Shown here: positions 26,810 to 40,450 of the stretch, in pieces | Layout: every line of letters begins with the position of its first letter | How positions within the stretch are numbered: position 1 is the stretch's first letter | Assembly: GCF_006345805.1 (NCBI RefSeq) | Contig: NC_042999.1 | Location: 112,902,001-112,966,000, forward strand | DNA length: 64,000 nucleotides | Source of the DNA: Octopus sinensis | Lineage: Eukaryota | Reading direction: 5' to 3' | Notes under the pieces: generated by a model | The model's database searches: none | What the model saw: only the letters and a program-made list of their open reading frames with translations | Told to the model about the DNA's origin: nothing | Position numbers and translations under genes: made by a program

Positions 26810-26951
26810 TCGTCCAGCCAGTGACTACAGCCAAGAATTTACCTGCTCTGTTGTTCTAGGTGATGATCTTATTCCTAGATTGGGATTATGTAATATTGAA
26901 AAATTGAAGACTGATGTGGTGGGAGCTGTCAATGCATGTGATTTACCAAAG
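26810..26951 (+). CDS. DAGLB: DAG lipase beta-like exon with catalytic aspartate
   Basis: ttcttcag|t acceptor; CRPASDYSQEFTCSVVLGDDLIPRLGLCNIEKLK...CDLPK; aag|gtaaca donor. Confidence 0.95.
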
Positions 26952-29419
26952 GTAACAAGGAGATACTCTTTTTCTTTAACTAATGATCTCTTGATAATTA
27001 TCAAAGCAATAACAGAATTAGACAGTTAATGAATAGCATTGTAGAATGTAGATATTTTAGAAATTAAAAAAAAAACATCATTCTGAAATATTCTTTTCTT
27101 TAATTTATTTCTGTTGAGGGTGACTTCGTCTTTCCTTCCTCTTGAGTTGATAAAATAAGTACCAGTTAAGAAGTGAGATATATTTAAATCAACTACTTCC
27201 ACCATCCCTAATTCTTTTGTCTCAGTGTAAGAAATGAGTATTATCACCTTCATCCACTTTATTCTGATATTGGCCTCTTTAAGGGACAAAATCCTCCCTT
27301 CACCTGCAACAACAATTTTCATCTTGACTATGAGGTCTGCTACTTTCACTTGTGATGATGATATGGTAATGAATTGTGCTATTTTGTGTAGTACCTTTCC
27401 AAAGTTTTGAGTTCAAATTATGCTTAAACCAACTTTGCATTTCATCCTTCTCAGGTAAATTCCCTGATCAAGTATTGGGGTTGATTTTATATTCCTGTAA
27501 AGCATCCTAGATCAGAATGGAATTATAATAAATGTATAGTGTTATTACTCTTTATCAATGCCTGTGTTGCAAATGTTGAAAGATGGGGTGCAAGTGAGCT
27601 GAGAGTGCAGCTGTATTGAAGGTATTATCTAACAATATGTTCTGGAGACACAGCTGTGCTAGTAAAGGACATCTGAGTGAATGGATGTTAAGTTCTGGGT
27701 GAAATAAATGCCATGTGCTTTCCTGATCTTCCTTCTGTGGCAGAGGAAGCTCTAGAAAGATGTGGAAACAATGAAGTCACTTCTCTTAGACAAGATGATA
27801 GTGAACTGAGAAAAAATAATATGTTGTTGGACTGTCCAGTCCATAATGGCATGGGAAAATAGATATTGAAATAATATGAAGTATGTTGAAGAATTAAGAT
27901 TACTGTTGACTTTTTTTTCTTAATAGAATGCTTGGTCATCACCTGATGTAAAACTGTTTGTAATTTAGGCACACCACCAGCTGTTTTGAGGGGAGGGAGT
28001 TAGTTGAAGCCATCAATACCAGCACTTGACTGGTACTTTATTTTATTAACCTAGGAAGGATGGAAAGCTAAATTGGCCATGGTAAGATTTGAACTTGGAA
28101 GGTAAAGGGCTGGAACAAATATTGCAAAGCATATTTTCTGACCCTCTAATAATTCTCCCATCTCTGTTGAGTTAATATTCTTTGCAACCTTATGAAGGCG
28201 ATATGATTTAGGTATCAGCATTACTATTTACTGTGATTCTGGCAGCAGTTAGAAAAATTTGTAATATTGGACCTTTTTATGTGTCTCAATAAACTTAACC
28301 TTATACTTCTTTCCTGGTCTACTTTTACATTGTTTACTTTCAACTATCAACTCAATATTTCTTCATCTGGCAATACCAGTACAGTTATCTCTCTTGTATT
28401 TATTAATTGAAAGCATTTGCACCATTAATTTTTGGTTTCAGATTTCATATAGCCTGCTCTATTAACATACAGTGTAATTTTGTTATCAGCAAGGACAGGA
28501 TTTTCCTAAAAGTCTTGTATTTCATGATAAACTCTAATCATAATGGTCTCATCATTACTACCTCCAAGAGTTTTGTCACTTAAGTAACAAAACTCATCTA
28601 CAATTTCTGCAAAACATCCAGATAGTGTTTTTTTTTAATATTGTTTACATATTGTTTAGGTTATTGACATAATTACCATTTGAGATGAGCCAACAAAGGA
28701 GACTTTATGCTGTCACATGTCCTGTTAAAAGTAGACTATTACTTTGATTGTCTTAGAAAATGAAAAAGCAGGTAGCATGGTCTTGGGTTCCCTGCATATA
28801 GGGAAAAAAATGTGGTTGTCATGGCTGGAACATCTTTGATCTTAAGTCCTTTTGATCAGGGATGACCTAACAACAAATAGCAACTTCATCGAGGATTTAA
28901 AAGTTGTTTCACATACTAAACTTGTTTTTTATTTATTAAAGTTCTTTGTGTTTCCTATACAATAGATATGTCTGAAATAGATGTGAAATAATAACATCTG
29001 AAATCATTTTAAGATTTTGGGTTACATTTCTTCATTTCAATGTATTAATAGTAGTGGTTGTTCAGTAACTCTAACTCAATGTTCTTTTCTAAGGTGATAG
29101 GGTATGAGTTAAGGGATATCTGGCTGCTATTTTTAGCAGGACAAGCAACTACATAAAAGCTTTCTTACTGGTTAATGGTTTTATTAATAACCTCAACAGT
29201 ATGTGAACAATGAAAGGACACACTGATATAGGTCTAGCTCTCTGGACATACTGATATAGAATGTCTGACATGTCAGTTTAGATTAAACTTCATCTAATAG
29301 ATATTTTAGTCATGGTCATCAATCTTAATAGTGTCGTTGTTGTTGTTGAGGCTTAGAATACATGGTTCCCATTTTTAATGACAGTAACAAGTTTGACAAA
29401 AAATGTAAATTTAGAACTG

Positions 29420-29775
29420 ATTATAATGATATCCTGTGGCTTGTAAGGGTAAAGACCCTCTCCAGTCATGAATGACCATGGGATTGCACTTAGAAAGTTA
29501 TCCTCTGAGGCATAAGTCCAGGCAAGGTTGTTTACAGAAGACCAGTAGTCGTCCATGTATATCAGCTTCCTATCTCCATGGCACCAATGTTATTCAAAGG
29601 AAAGGCAAAGGCTGATACAGCTTGGCACCAGTAATACTGTAACTCATTTCTACAAATGAGTAAACTGGAATAAAGTATCTTGCTCAATAACAACACACAG
29701 CCTGGTCCAGGAATCGAACTCACTATCTCATGATTGTGAGCCTAATGCTCTAACTACTGAGCTACACGCCTTCAG
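29420..29775 (-). mobile_element. tRNA-derived SINE (second family)
   Basis: Minus head gaaggcgtgtagctcagtagttagagc...gagttcgattcct with A/B boxes, followed by a core and a distinct tail. Confidence 0.75.
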
Positions 29776-30235
29776 GGCAAGCATTATTTTGTGATTGGGC
29801 TCCACACAATATGTTGGTGTCCATTTTTGGTGAAAATAAAAGAAAATGGAGGTAAAACAAAATTCGCAAAATTCAATAAACTCAGCTTTTTTTGTTCATT
29901 TTGTTCAATGAAATGTATGGTGTTATAACATTTGTGGCAGCCATTTGTAATCATATAAGGATTATCAAAACTGTCAAAAGTTAGCATACATCAATAATTT
30001 GAGTTTTTAGTGGCAGTGAGAAATTTAAATGCATTTTTAAAAGATTTTAGAAATTATTTTCTTTAGTAATTGTTTAGTTACATTCATTGCATAACACTGA
30101 GAAATAAAGTAAAATAAAGTGTGCATTTTCTCATTCTGCTACAGTTTCTAGTATAATTCTGTACTAATTTTATTAAGCTACTGTTAAAACATTATAGTAA
30201 CACCTAATATTTAAATTTATCTTATTATTTTTCAG

Positions 30236-30459
30236 TATAAAATCTTCCTGAGTGGTTTCTGGAAAGTAGTATGTGGCTTGAATATAAACCATCGTGAAGA
30301 AGATTTCAATGTTGACGAACCACAACATAATTTGGTAGATGTCAGTTCTAGCAGTTCATCTGGTCATTACGGTAGTATTGGAGATTCTGTCACACCAGAG
30401 AAACAACTTTATCCACCAGGACTTATTTTGCATATTGTTGAAGAGCAAGGTTCTACTGG
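30236..30459 (+). CDS. DAGLB: DAG lipase beta-like exon
   Basis: ttttcag acceptor; YKIFLSGFWKVVCG...QLYPPGLILHIVEEQGSTG (LYPPG motif); gg|gtaaga donor, phase 2. Confidence 0.95.
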
Positions 30460-30483
30460 GTAAGAAGATATTTTTGATTTCTT

Positions 30484-31110
30484 AATATTTATCCACAGGC
30501 ATGGCTGTGTGGTTAAGAAGTTTGTTTCACAGTCATGTGATTCTGGGTTCAGTCCCATTGCAGAACTACTTGAGCAAGTGCCTAGTACTAAAGCCCTGGC
30601 CAACCAATACCTATTTCTTTATTACCCACAAGGGGCTAAACACAGAGGGGACAAACAAGGACAGACATAGGTATTAAGTCAATTACATAGACCCCAGTGC
30701 GTAACTGGTACTTTATTTATCGACCCCAAAAGGATGAAAGGCAAAGTCGACCTCGGCGGAATTCGAACTCACAACGTAACGCAGACGAAATGCCACTAAG
30801 CATTTCACCCTGCGTGCTAATGTTTCTGCCAGCTCGCCACCAGCTCGCCAGCCAATACCTTGTAAGTTAATTTAGTGGACAGAAACCATTTAGAAGTCCA
30901 TTATGTGTGTGTTTGTGTATGTGTGCATGTGTTTGTCTTGAACTGCTTCACAACTGGTGTTGGTTTCTTTGCACTTCTGTAAGTTAGTAGTTTGGCAAAA
31001 AAATAAGAGACCACCAGAATAAGTATCAAGCTGAAAAGTAAGTGCTGGAGTTGAGTTGATTAACCAAATCCTCCAAAGTGGAATCCCATCATGAGTACAG
31101 TCCAGTAACT
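30484..31110 (+). mobile_element. SINE interrupted by a younger minus-strand SINE (30612-30846)
   Basis: 13-bp TSD gcca(a/g)ccaatacc at 30599-30611 and 30847-30859; the outer SINE resumes in register. Confidence 0.85.
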
Positions 31111-31339
31111 TTAACAAGTAAAAAAATGAAAATAAAATATTTTTTTAGATAAGCTCTTAGTGAACTGTAGCTGCAAACTGGTTTTGATTCTTGGATGAAA
31201 CCGATTTATTTCTCTTATTCTCCTAACATCCCTAAGAAAGCCATGTAAGTTACACTATCTAAAACCTTCCCTATAACTTTATGACTGTGAGCTTAAAAAA
31301 GTGTTTTAATATTTATTCTTTTTATTGACTACTTAAAAG

Positions 31340-31550
31340 CTAGCAGAATTGTTAGCATGTCAGATAAAATGCTTAGTGGAATTTCATTCATCTTTACATT
31401 CTGAGTTCAAACTCTGCTGAGGTTGACTTTGCCTTTCATCATTTTGGGGTTGATGAAATAAGTACTAGTTGAGTACTGAGGTTGATGTATTCAAACTATC
31501 CCTCTCCCCACAAATTTCAGGCCTTGTACCTATAGTAAAAAGGGTTATTA
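31340..31550 (+). mobile_element. Old tRNA-derived SINE (CpGs lost)
   Basis: gagttcaaactc B box; family core ctttgcctttcatc; caggccttgtacc tail. Confidence 0.8.
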
Positions 31551-33795
31551 GCCATTTGTAATGATAAATATGGTATCTAGATAATTTATGGAATTTAATT
31601 TACCATATTTCCTGGCATTCAAATCAGTGTAATACGTAGTGTAAACATTCAAGCATCATCACTATCTTTTCTAATCCTGCTGTATTTCAAATGGAATTCT
31701 TGGTCTTCCAAAGTCACCTTTGACCTACCATTTTTGGCTGCAAATTTTGGTTTTAAAAATGCAATTTAGATGTTGGAAAATACAGTATATTTTGTTATTT
31801 TAAAGAGTATGATATCAGTTGTAACAAGTTTTAGATTCTATCTAAGTCTTTTTGACTTAGATAAGGATCCTATTGTATAAGTGACAGCACATGACTTTAT
31901 GGTTAGGGTGTTGCACACTCATGATTGCAAGATCACAATTTTTATTTTTGGACTTGGGTGGTGTGTTTGTGCTCTTGAGCAAAACACTTCGTTTTATGTT
32001 AGCCAGTTCAGTCAGCTGTGATGGGCTGATACTCTGTTCAAAGAGAATGTTGTGATCTTGGTCAATTATATGCCATGGAAACCAAATAACTGGCCCCATG
32101 AGTCCTAAGATATGAGATAATAATGTCCAGCAATACTATTGTATAAAAACAATCTTAGTTAACAGTATAGGTGTTTATTTTGTGTTGCTTGTCAAGGTGA
32201 TGGGCTGGCAGTTGTTAGTGTCAGTGAAATGCCTTGCAGTATTTTTTCTGGCTCTTTAAATTCTGAATTCAAATCTCACCATGGCCAACTTTGCCTTTTA
32301 CCCATTGGGTGGGTCAGTCAATAAAATAAAGTACCAGTTATATGCTGGTGTCAACAGTATTGACTATTTACTCTCCTCTCAAAATACTGGCCTTGTGCCT
32401 AAATGAGAAACTGTTAATTTGCTGTTTGTGAGACAAATTAATATATTTTTAAGCATTTAGTAAATTCATAGTCTCAGAAGATATAAAATATTTGAAAGAA
32501 AAACAAGTGATAGTTCTTCCATGTCTATTTATAAGATTGAGTACAAAATATTGCAATTAAAGAGCTGAACCAATTGTTTTTGGTTTGCTTTAGCCACCAT
32601 GTTGAAGACTGTTCTGGGAGATTTCTTATAAGATCACATCATTGCAGTATGTGTCTGCATGCTCTTTCTTTGCTAGATAAACAATATTGACACTGTTAGA
32701 TTAGGTTGAATCTGCAGATCATATCCCCCTCCCTACATTAAGATTATTCACATGTAACCTAGGTACCTAATCTTAGATATACACTCATTCAATGATCAAT
32801 GACTTCAGTTATTGGTTGTGTAGCTGAATCCATTTTATAAAAAGGTTCTAAAAATTGAAATCATTTTGGCTAACCATGTGTGTGTGTGTATGCGTATAGG
32901 TATATATGTAAATATATATGCAAACATATATATATATATATGCATGTAAATGTGTATGATAATAAAACATATCAGAATAGAGCAGTAATTATTAAAACAA
33001 AAAGTTTTAACTTTTTGCTTTAATATTTTTTAAATTTATATATGTATGTGTGTGTGGGTGTCTAGTTTTCCATTTCTTCTTGTTGTTTACATATTTCACT
33101 CGGTTTCCCCTCATTTGTTTATTTATTTCATGTTATTTGTATTGTTGGTGACGTCCTGTACCCTTTATGCATATATATATATATATATTATATTTATTAT
33201 TTAATTGAACGCGACCCATCCATTTCCAAGTAAGTTTATATATACATACCTTTATATATATATAATTCAACTACAGTAGTAGTTGAATAATATTCTTAAG
33301 GCTGCAATTTACTCACATGCAGCATCTTTCAGAGCTTGTCACTAATTCAATTCTTAACCAGATTGAAAACTGTTAACATTTTCGAAGAGGATTGGTCCTT
33401 AGCTACATTTTGGCATTAAAAAATTGAGATTTGGTCCAGTAGAAAAAAGTTTACATAAAAATTTGTAGCAACATTATAGGAGAGTAAGTAACACCTCCAA
33501 TCAAGTTTAGATCTAAATAACTTTTTTATTTTAAAGCAAAATATATTTTTCTTAGCTTTGAGGATAGAAGAAAGCATGAGGAATTTCATAGTTTTGGTCC
33601 CATGCAACAAAAATTTGTATCAAAAAAGTTGTGAGGTAAAATATCATGAAATAAATAAGTAAGGCAAAAAATTGGATTTAAGTATAATTAACTTTTTTAT
33701 TTTAAAAACAAACTATATTTTAATTAACCTTAAATGATAGAGCTCAATCTCATGCAATGAAGTTTGAAAAGGAAAATGTTATGAAAAAAAAAAAT

Positions 33796-33950
33796 GCCCC
33801 GGAGTGGTTGGCGTTAGGAAGGGCATCCAGCTGTAGAAACACTGCCAGATCAGACTGGAGCCTGGTGCAGCCTCCTGGCTTCCCAGACCCTGGTCAAACC
33901 GTCCAACCCATGCTAGCATGGAAAACGGACGTAAACGATGATGATGATGA

Positions 33951-34008
<58 letters not shown>

Positions 34009-34180
34009 TCATCATCTGTTTGTGTGTCTGTGTTTGTCTCCCCCACCATCACTTGACAACTGATGTTAGTGTGTTTACGTCCCCATAACTTAGTGGTTCA
34101 GCAAAAGAGATTGATAGAATAAGTACTAAAGGCAGTGCTCCAGCATGGCCACAGTCAAATGACTGAAACAAATAAAAAAA
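33796..34180 (+). mobile_element. RTE-tail element, (TA)n and SINE tail composite
   Basis: ggagtggttggcgttagg...(gat)n, then (TA)n, then the gtttacgtccccataacttagtgg tail. Confidence 0.8.
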
Positions 34181-34899
34181 AAAAACTTCATAATTAAAGA
34201 AGGTACCATCATTTTGTTAAAATATTGGCATGTGAGAATACTTAAAAAATGAAAGCCAGAAGTATCAATATAGCTAAAGTTTTATGCAAAATAGAGTAGT
34301 ATATATGGTAGGCAAATTCATTATGTAAAAGAATAGGCATTGGATCAAGCCTAAAAATGTGAAGACTTAGGCAACAACTCAAGCAAATTTTACTGTGAAT
34401 TTGTCGTTATAGGTAGATTTTACTGTAATATATAACTAATTTTTGTATTATTCTGTTTATTGTACTAACTAATTATATACTACTATTATTTTTATGACCT
34501 ATTTTTAAATTTCTAATTATTAATTAATAGTTAAAAAAAGGAATTTTTTAAAGTGCAAAAAATATTTTGAGTTATTTTTAATATTTAATAGAAGTAACAA
34601 CTAATAACAAATAGAAGTAATAAAATTTTTAGTTTTAATAAAAGCTAATATTTTCTAAATCTAAATATTTTATTTGAAATTTTATCTTTAGCTGTAATAT
34701 TTTAAGTAAAAATTTTCTTGTTCTGTACTTTACCAGATGTAATAACTTGTCCTCAACTTTTCCAAGTGTAATAACTTGTCCTGTACTTTTCCAGGTTTAT
34801 AATCTTAAGAATATTATTTCTCTTGCTTGCATTTTTCCATGTAATATAGATAAATGTATAAACATATGTATGTTTATATGTACATATTTATCTCTTTTA

Positions 34900-34940
34900 C
34901 ACATACACACACACAACCCCGCTCTATGCATATATATATA

Positions 34941-34990
<50 letters not shown>

Positions 34991-36079
34991 GCATACATAT
35001 ATATAAATATATATGTATATAGGTATATATTTGTAGATATGTAGATAAATGTATTAACATATGTATGCTTATATGTACATATCTATCTATTTTATACACA
35101 CACACACATATGTGTGTGTGTGTGTGTGTGTGTATGTATATAAGGTGTTTAGTCTAAATTTGACAGTTTGCATAAATGGAAAAGAAAACAGAATATCCCA
35201 TCCCAAAATAAATGTGTATGCATATGTTTTTATGTGCATGTATACCTTAATATAGGTATATGTATGCGTATATATGTATGTCAGTGTATAAGTATCTATG
35301 TGTATATGTGTGTGTATATCATAATCATCATATAAAAGTGTATATGCATATGTATGTATATATGTGTATGCATATACATGTATGTGAATGTGTGTGTGTG
35401 TATGTATGTGATAAATGAGCAAAAACAGGTAAAAAGCGCAAGGGGAATAAATTTTCACTAAAGTGTTAGTTCTTTTGCACTTGGAAAGGGGAAGAAAAAA
35501 AAGCATCAGAAAAGAGAAAGTAAGAATGATGGTAGGAAGGGGGAAGAAGAAAGAAGGAAAAAAAGAAAGACAGGTAAAAATGTTTAGGGGACAGGTGGGA
35601 CTGAGTTTATATGGGGAGGAGTTAAGAAAGGGGAGGAAAAGTCTGGGTGTTGTGTGCATGAATAAAAGTATCTGTGTATGGAGATAAACATGGGTGGAGG
35701 TGTATGAACACTGTGAGATGCAACTGGTTCTCTGGAGGTGAGTGGTTTTGAGTGGGATGTGAATGTAGTAAAGGTGAGAGGAAAGTATAGCAGAAAAAGG
35801 TGTGTGTAGGGAGAACCAACAGTGAAGAAAATGGTGCAGGAGATGAGAAAAAATAGTTATAAGTGCAGAGAAAAAGCTATATTGTTTAAAAAAATAGTGG
35901 GAAATTAAGATGGTTTGGTATAAAATCTGAAAAATAAAATTCTTGAATGTGAAAGAGTATGTAAAAAGGTAGAGAGAATAGGAACAGTATGGTTAAAAAC
36001 TATATGGTACACGTGCAAAGATTATTGCAAAGGGGAGAGATGACTGTAAAAAAGATTAAAAAAAAGCAAGTGTGTATTT

Positions 36080-36128
<49 letters not shown>

Positions 36129-36338
36129 CATATATATATATGTGTGTGTATGTTTGTGTGTGTGTGTGCATGTATGTGTGTATATATATATATATCTATA
36201 TGTATCTGTGTGTGTGCATGTATGTGTGTATATATATATGTGTGTGTATATATATATATATATAAATATTGGGATGTATATATGTATGTATCTATATGTA
36301 TATATATGTGTGTGTGTACATATATATATATATCTATG

Positions 36339-36369
<31 letters not shown>

Positions 36370-36370
36370 G
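34900..36370. repeat. Compound (TA)n/(TG)n microsatellites around a purine-rich stretch
   Basis: Long dinucleotide runs at about 34930-35400 and 36085-36370. Confidence 0.9.
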
Positions 36371-36914
36371 AGGTTTCGACTGGAATGAGGTTGCTTTTTC
36401 AACAGGGATGCATTTCATCTGAGCATACACCTGCTTAGCTCCATATTGATTAATTTTCCTGAAATTTGTTAATTTGTGTCAGTTTTGATGTTTACTGATG
36501 GTTTTTTTCAACATCAGTGCTTAACACTTATGAAGTTCCAGTTGGTATTATATTTTCATCTGTCCTATATAGGAGAGCAGAATTTTAATAATATAATATT
36601 AAAAAAAAAATAATAGTCAATCACATGTCACCTACGCGTATATCAATTCCTACCTTCTCTCATATTTTACAATTAAATTCATAATGCAATTTAATTATAA
36701 AATGTGAGTAAAGGTAGGAATTGAAACATGTGTAGGTAACATGAAATAAATTGATTTTTTTTTCTGTGTTCACACTCTCCATTTTCTTTATATTATGGAT
36801 ATGTTAACCCCCCCCGCCCAAACACACATGTCTATTGGTCTCTTTTACTAAACCACTAGGTTATGGAGACATAAACACACCAACCTTAGTTGTTAAGCAA
36901 TGGTGGGGAAACAA

Positions 36915-36946
<32 letters not shown>

Positions 36947-36989
36947 GATGGGCTTCTTTCAGTTTCCATCTACCAAATCCACTCACAGT

Positions 36990-37600
36990 TTTTGAGCCCA
37001 CTGCAGATGTGCCCATCGATGACAATCTGTGAGGATGGGCCCCTAGCTGGCTGTCAACAAGACATTGAAAGATCTCAGCTGGCGACGAACTGTCTCTGCA
37101 CAAATGGGTCTGTGGTGAATCCCTATGGTCTGCCTAGCTGATTCCATTGCCCTCTGGACTTGATCCTGCAAGTGCTGTTAGTGCAGGTGGCAATCTTGAT
37201 GTGCCATTGTAACCCTTGGTTGACCACTGTGTGGATGATCATCCGTGCTGTTTGTGGTATTGTATCATAACCTCGGCCACTCAGTTGTCTGAATACTGCA
37301 GTTCAAGTCATTAGCAATGACCCATGGATATTGACCAACATGAAGATGTCTGATGGTTTGCTCCCTCTGATTTTGTGTCAGTCTTGGCATACTTGCGTTC
37401 GGGAAATGAATGATTGACTGGTAAATTTGGGTGCTTTTTGTACCCAATGAGTCAACGTTTTACACGTGCTTCATGCTTTTCATAAAGATGTGTTCATGAG
37501 TATTACCATGTTCACAAAAAAGTGAGTGAGTTCAAACACGACCTGCAATCCTTATGTCTTCAAAAGAGAGTGGTGTTGTGGGTCAGTGACATCTTGATGT
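36990..37600 (-). mobile_element. Tc1-like transposon 5' fragment
   Basis: MPRLTQNQREQTI...HPHSGQPRVT...TVRRQL...GPILT..HR.A.LQWAQ, the Tc1 paired-HTH region; abuts a cut SINE at 36855-36990. Confidence 0.8.
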
Positions 37601-37704
37601 CAAATTACCTAGAAATGTAATAAGATCCATATAATTTCAATATTGTGTAACAAATAATCTTTTACAATGTGGTGTTTCTTTTGTAGTTCAATATATATAT
37701 CATC

Positions 37705-38063
37705 ACATCATCATCGTTTAATGTCCATTTTCCATGCTAGCATGGGTTGGATGGTTCGACTGGGGTCTGGGAAGCCAGGAGGCTGCACCAGGCTCCAGTC
37801 TGATCCAGCAGTGTTTCTACAGCTGGATGCCCTTTCTAACACCAACCACTCCTTGAGTGTAGTGGGTGCTTTTTACGTGCCACTGGCACAGGTGCCAGGA
37901 GAGGCTGGCAATGGCCACGACTGGCTGGTGCTTTTTACATGCCACCAGCACAGAAGCCAGTCAAGACGGCGCTGGCATAGGCCACGTTCGGATGGTGCTT
38001 TTTACGTGCCACCGGCACAGGTATCACAACTACAATTTCCATTTGATTTTTATTTGATGTTGA

Positions 38064-38131
<68 letters not shown>

Positions 38132-40140
38132 ATGTGTGTGGTGTGTATAAGTTGGTGAGCTAGCAGAATTGTTAGCATGCTGGACAAAATGCTTGACATA
38201 TCCATCTTTTCAAGTCCAGTCCATGCCAGCTTAGAAAATGGATGGTTAATAATGTCCTCTGCAGTTAGAGCCCACGTCTCACTACCATGTAACATAGCCA
38301 TTCTCACACAAGCATCATACAATCTACCTTTCACTCTGAGAGAGAGAGAGTCTTTTTGCTGCCAACAGAGGTAGTAGTTCTCTGGACTTCCTCCACCCTA
38401 TTCTTATTCTAGAAACAATATTTTCAGAGCATCCACCACTGTTACTAATTTGGTTACCTAAATAGTAGAAACTACCTACTACCTCAAGAGAGCCTCCTGG
38501 GCATTTGAGAGAGTTTAAGTCCCTTGTGCTCTTAGTAGTTACTGTTCCTATGCATCTGCTACACCTGAAAGCAACCTTATCTGATAACCTTCCCACAATT
38601 CCACTGTATCTCTTATACTTCCATAGCTTACATTTGGTGCAGCAAATGGAATTATATCCCACTCCTTCCCTACATATTGAACAGGGCCATTTGCCAGCCA
38701 GAATAACAACAAATTTAGTCTTAGCTAAGCTAACTTTAAGGCCCTTTGATTCTAGGTTTTGCTTCCAAACCGGAACTTCTTCAATTCTGCTTCAGATTCT
38801 GCAATAAGAGCAAGATCATTAGCATATAGTAGTTCCCATGGGCACCCAGTTTTGAATTCATCTGTTATGGTCTTGAGAACTATGATGAATAAGAGTGGAC
38901 TAAGAACTGATCCCTGGTAAATTCATCACTGTTTTCAAGGCTAATTCTCACCTTATAGACAGCATCGCTTTTCATGGTTTGAACTTATCTAACAAGCCAC
39001 TCCTTTACTCCTAGCTTCTTTAGAGACCAAATAAGAGAGCAGGGAACCCTGTCAAATGCTTTCTCCAGGTCAATGAAGGCTAAGTACAATGGCTTACTTT
39101 TGGACAAAGACTTTTCTTGCAACTGTCTCACTATGATTGCATTTGTGGTACTTCTCAAGGAACAAAACAAACTGCACCTCATCTAGTTTAATTTTATCTC
39201 TAATTAGTTGAGATATAACTCTCTCTGTAATTTTCATGACCTGATCCAGCAGTTTGATACCTCTGTATTTGTTTCTATCTAAGGCATCACCTTTACCCTT
39301 ATAACAGCTGACTATAATATTGCTACACCAGTCTTTGGGGATGACACCTTCCTGAATAGCCTGATAAACTATGTGAGTGGCTAGGCTGTATCCCACTCCA
39401 CCTGATATTTTAATCATCTCGGCAGTGATACCTGATGGTCCAGGGGCTTTCCCAGTCTTCATTTTCGTAATTGCTTTATCGATTATACTGCTATCTGCTC
39501 TGATGGCTGGTCCCTCAATTGGTTCAGTATTTGAAAAACTCTGCTTCCCCCAGTCATTCTCCACATTTAACAACTTTTCATAATGGCATCTCCATGCATC
39601 TTTCTTCTCTGAGTCACTAAGTGCAAGCATACCATTATCCATATGTACACATTTCTCACTTACCACTTCTCTATTCTCTCTGATATACTGCTTTGCAATC
39701 CTGAATTCCTCATGCTTCTGATCTTCATGCTGCATAACATTGGCAAACTTCTTACCTTCTGATATTCCTTTTGCTATGTAAACCGGTTACCTAGCCTTCC
39801 TTCTGGTTCCCTGAAGCTTTGCTTCCAGTTTTTCCAGTCCTTTCAGGCCTGTCTCTTTGCTTTTATAGCACAGTCTACCTCCTTGTTCCACCACCAAGTC
39901 ACCTTTGGCCTGGCTGAGACTGCACCAACTACAGATTTGGTCAGTGGCACCCAGTAAATTCTCCCACTGGAACTTCCAGTTGTCCTCTAAGCTATATGTC
40001 CCTTCCTCGTTCTCCTCTCTATCATCAGAGGCTTCCAGTAGAATGTCTCTAAATTTTTTTGGTTTGCTGGGTCTTGAAGCTTCCATAATCTCCTTTCCAA
40101 TATGGTTTATGTCTTTGAGTCTCTCTAGTCCTAATTCTGA
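37705..40140 (-). mobile_element. 5'-truncated RTE LINE (RT with inserted zinc finger)
   Basis: GKAPGPSG, YKGKGD, LAFIDLEKAFDRV, LLYANDL, FYYLG and RLYDACVR..LHGSETW motifs; (GAT)n 3' end at 37705. Confidence 0.95.
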
Positions 40141-40173
40141 AGTCATTAACTAGTATCTGTCTGTCTGTCCATC

Positions 40174-40209
<36 letters not shown>

Positions 40210-40239
40210 ACACACACACACACACGAAATATGCATCAT

Positions 40240-40450
40240 CATCATTGTCATCATCATCATTGTCATCATTTAACATCTGTTGTCCATGCTGGCATGGGTT
40301 GGACGGTTTGGCCACAGCTGGCAAACTGGAAGGCTGCACCAGACTCCAGTCTGATTTGGCATGGTTTCTATGGCAAGATGCCCTTCCTAATGCTAACCAC
40401 TCTGAGAGAGTGTAATGGGTGCTTTTACGTACCACTGGCACAGGTGCCAT
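40240..40450 (-). mobile_element. RTE 3'-end element
   Basis: (CAT)n plus catgctggcatgggttggacgg, the family 3' end. Confidence 0.85.

Noticed and set aside
27550-27860. Protein-like plus frame (ERWGASELRV...FPDLPSVAEEALERC)
   Set aside because: Three in-frame stops, no recognisable family and no splice signals.
35087-36438. Long ORFs rich in YI/TH/CV
   Set aside because: Translations of dinucleotide microsatellites and purine-rich tracts. The same applies to similar ORFs at 11768, 33757, 55669, 56526 and 63161.
37860-38030. Regularly spaced repeats resembling a CRISPR array
   Set aside because: Only three degenerate units inside a eukaryotic LINE 3'UTR, the spacers are shared between copies, and there are no cas genes.
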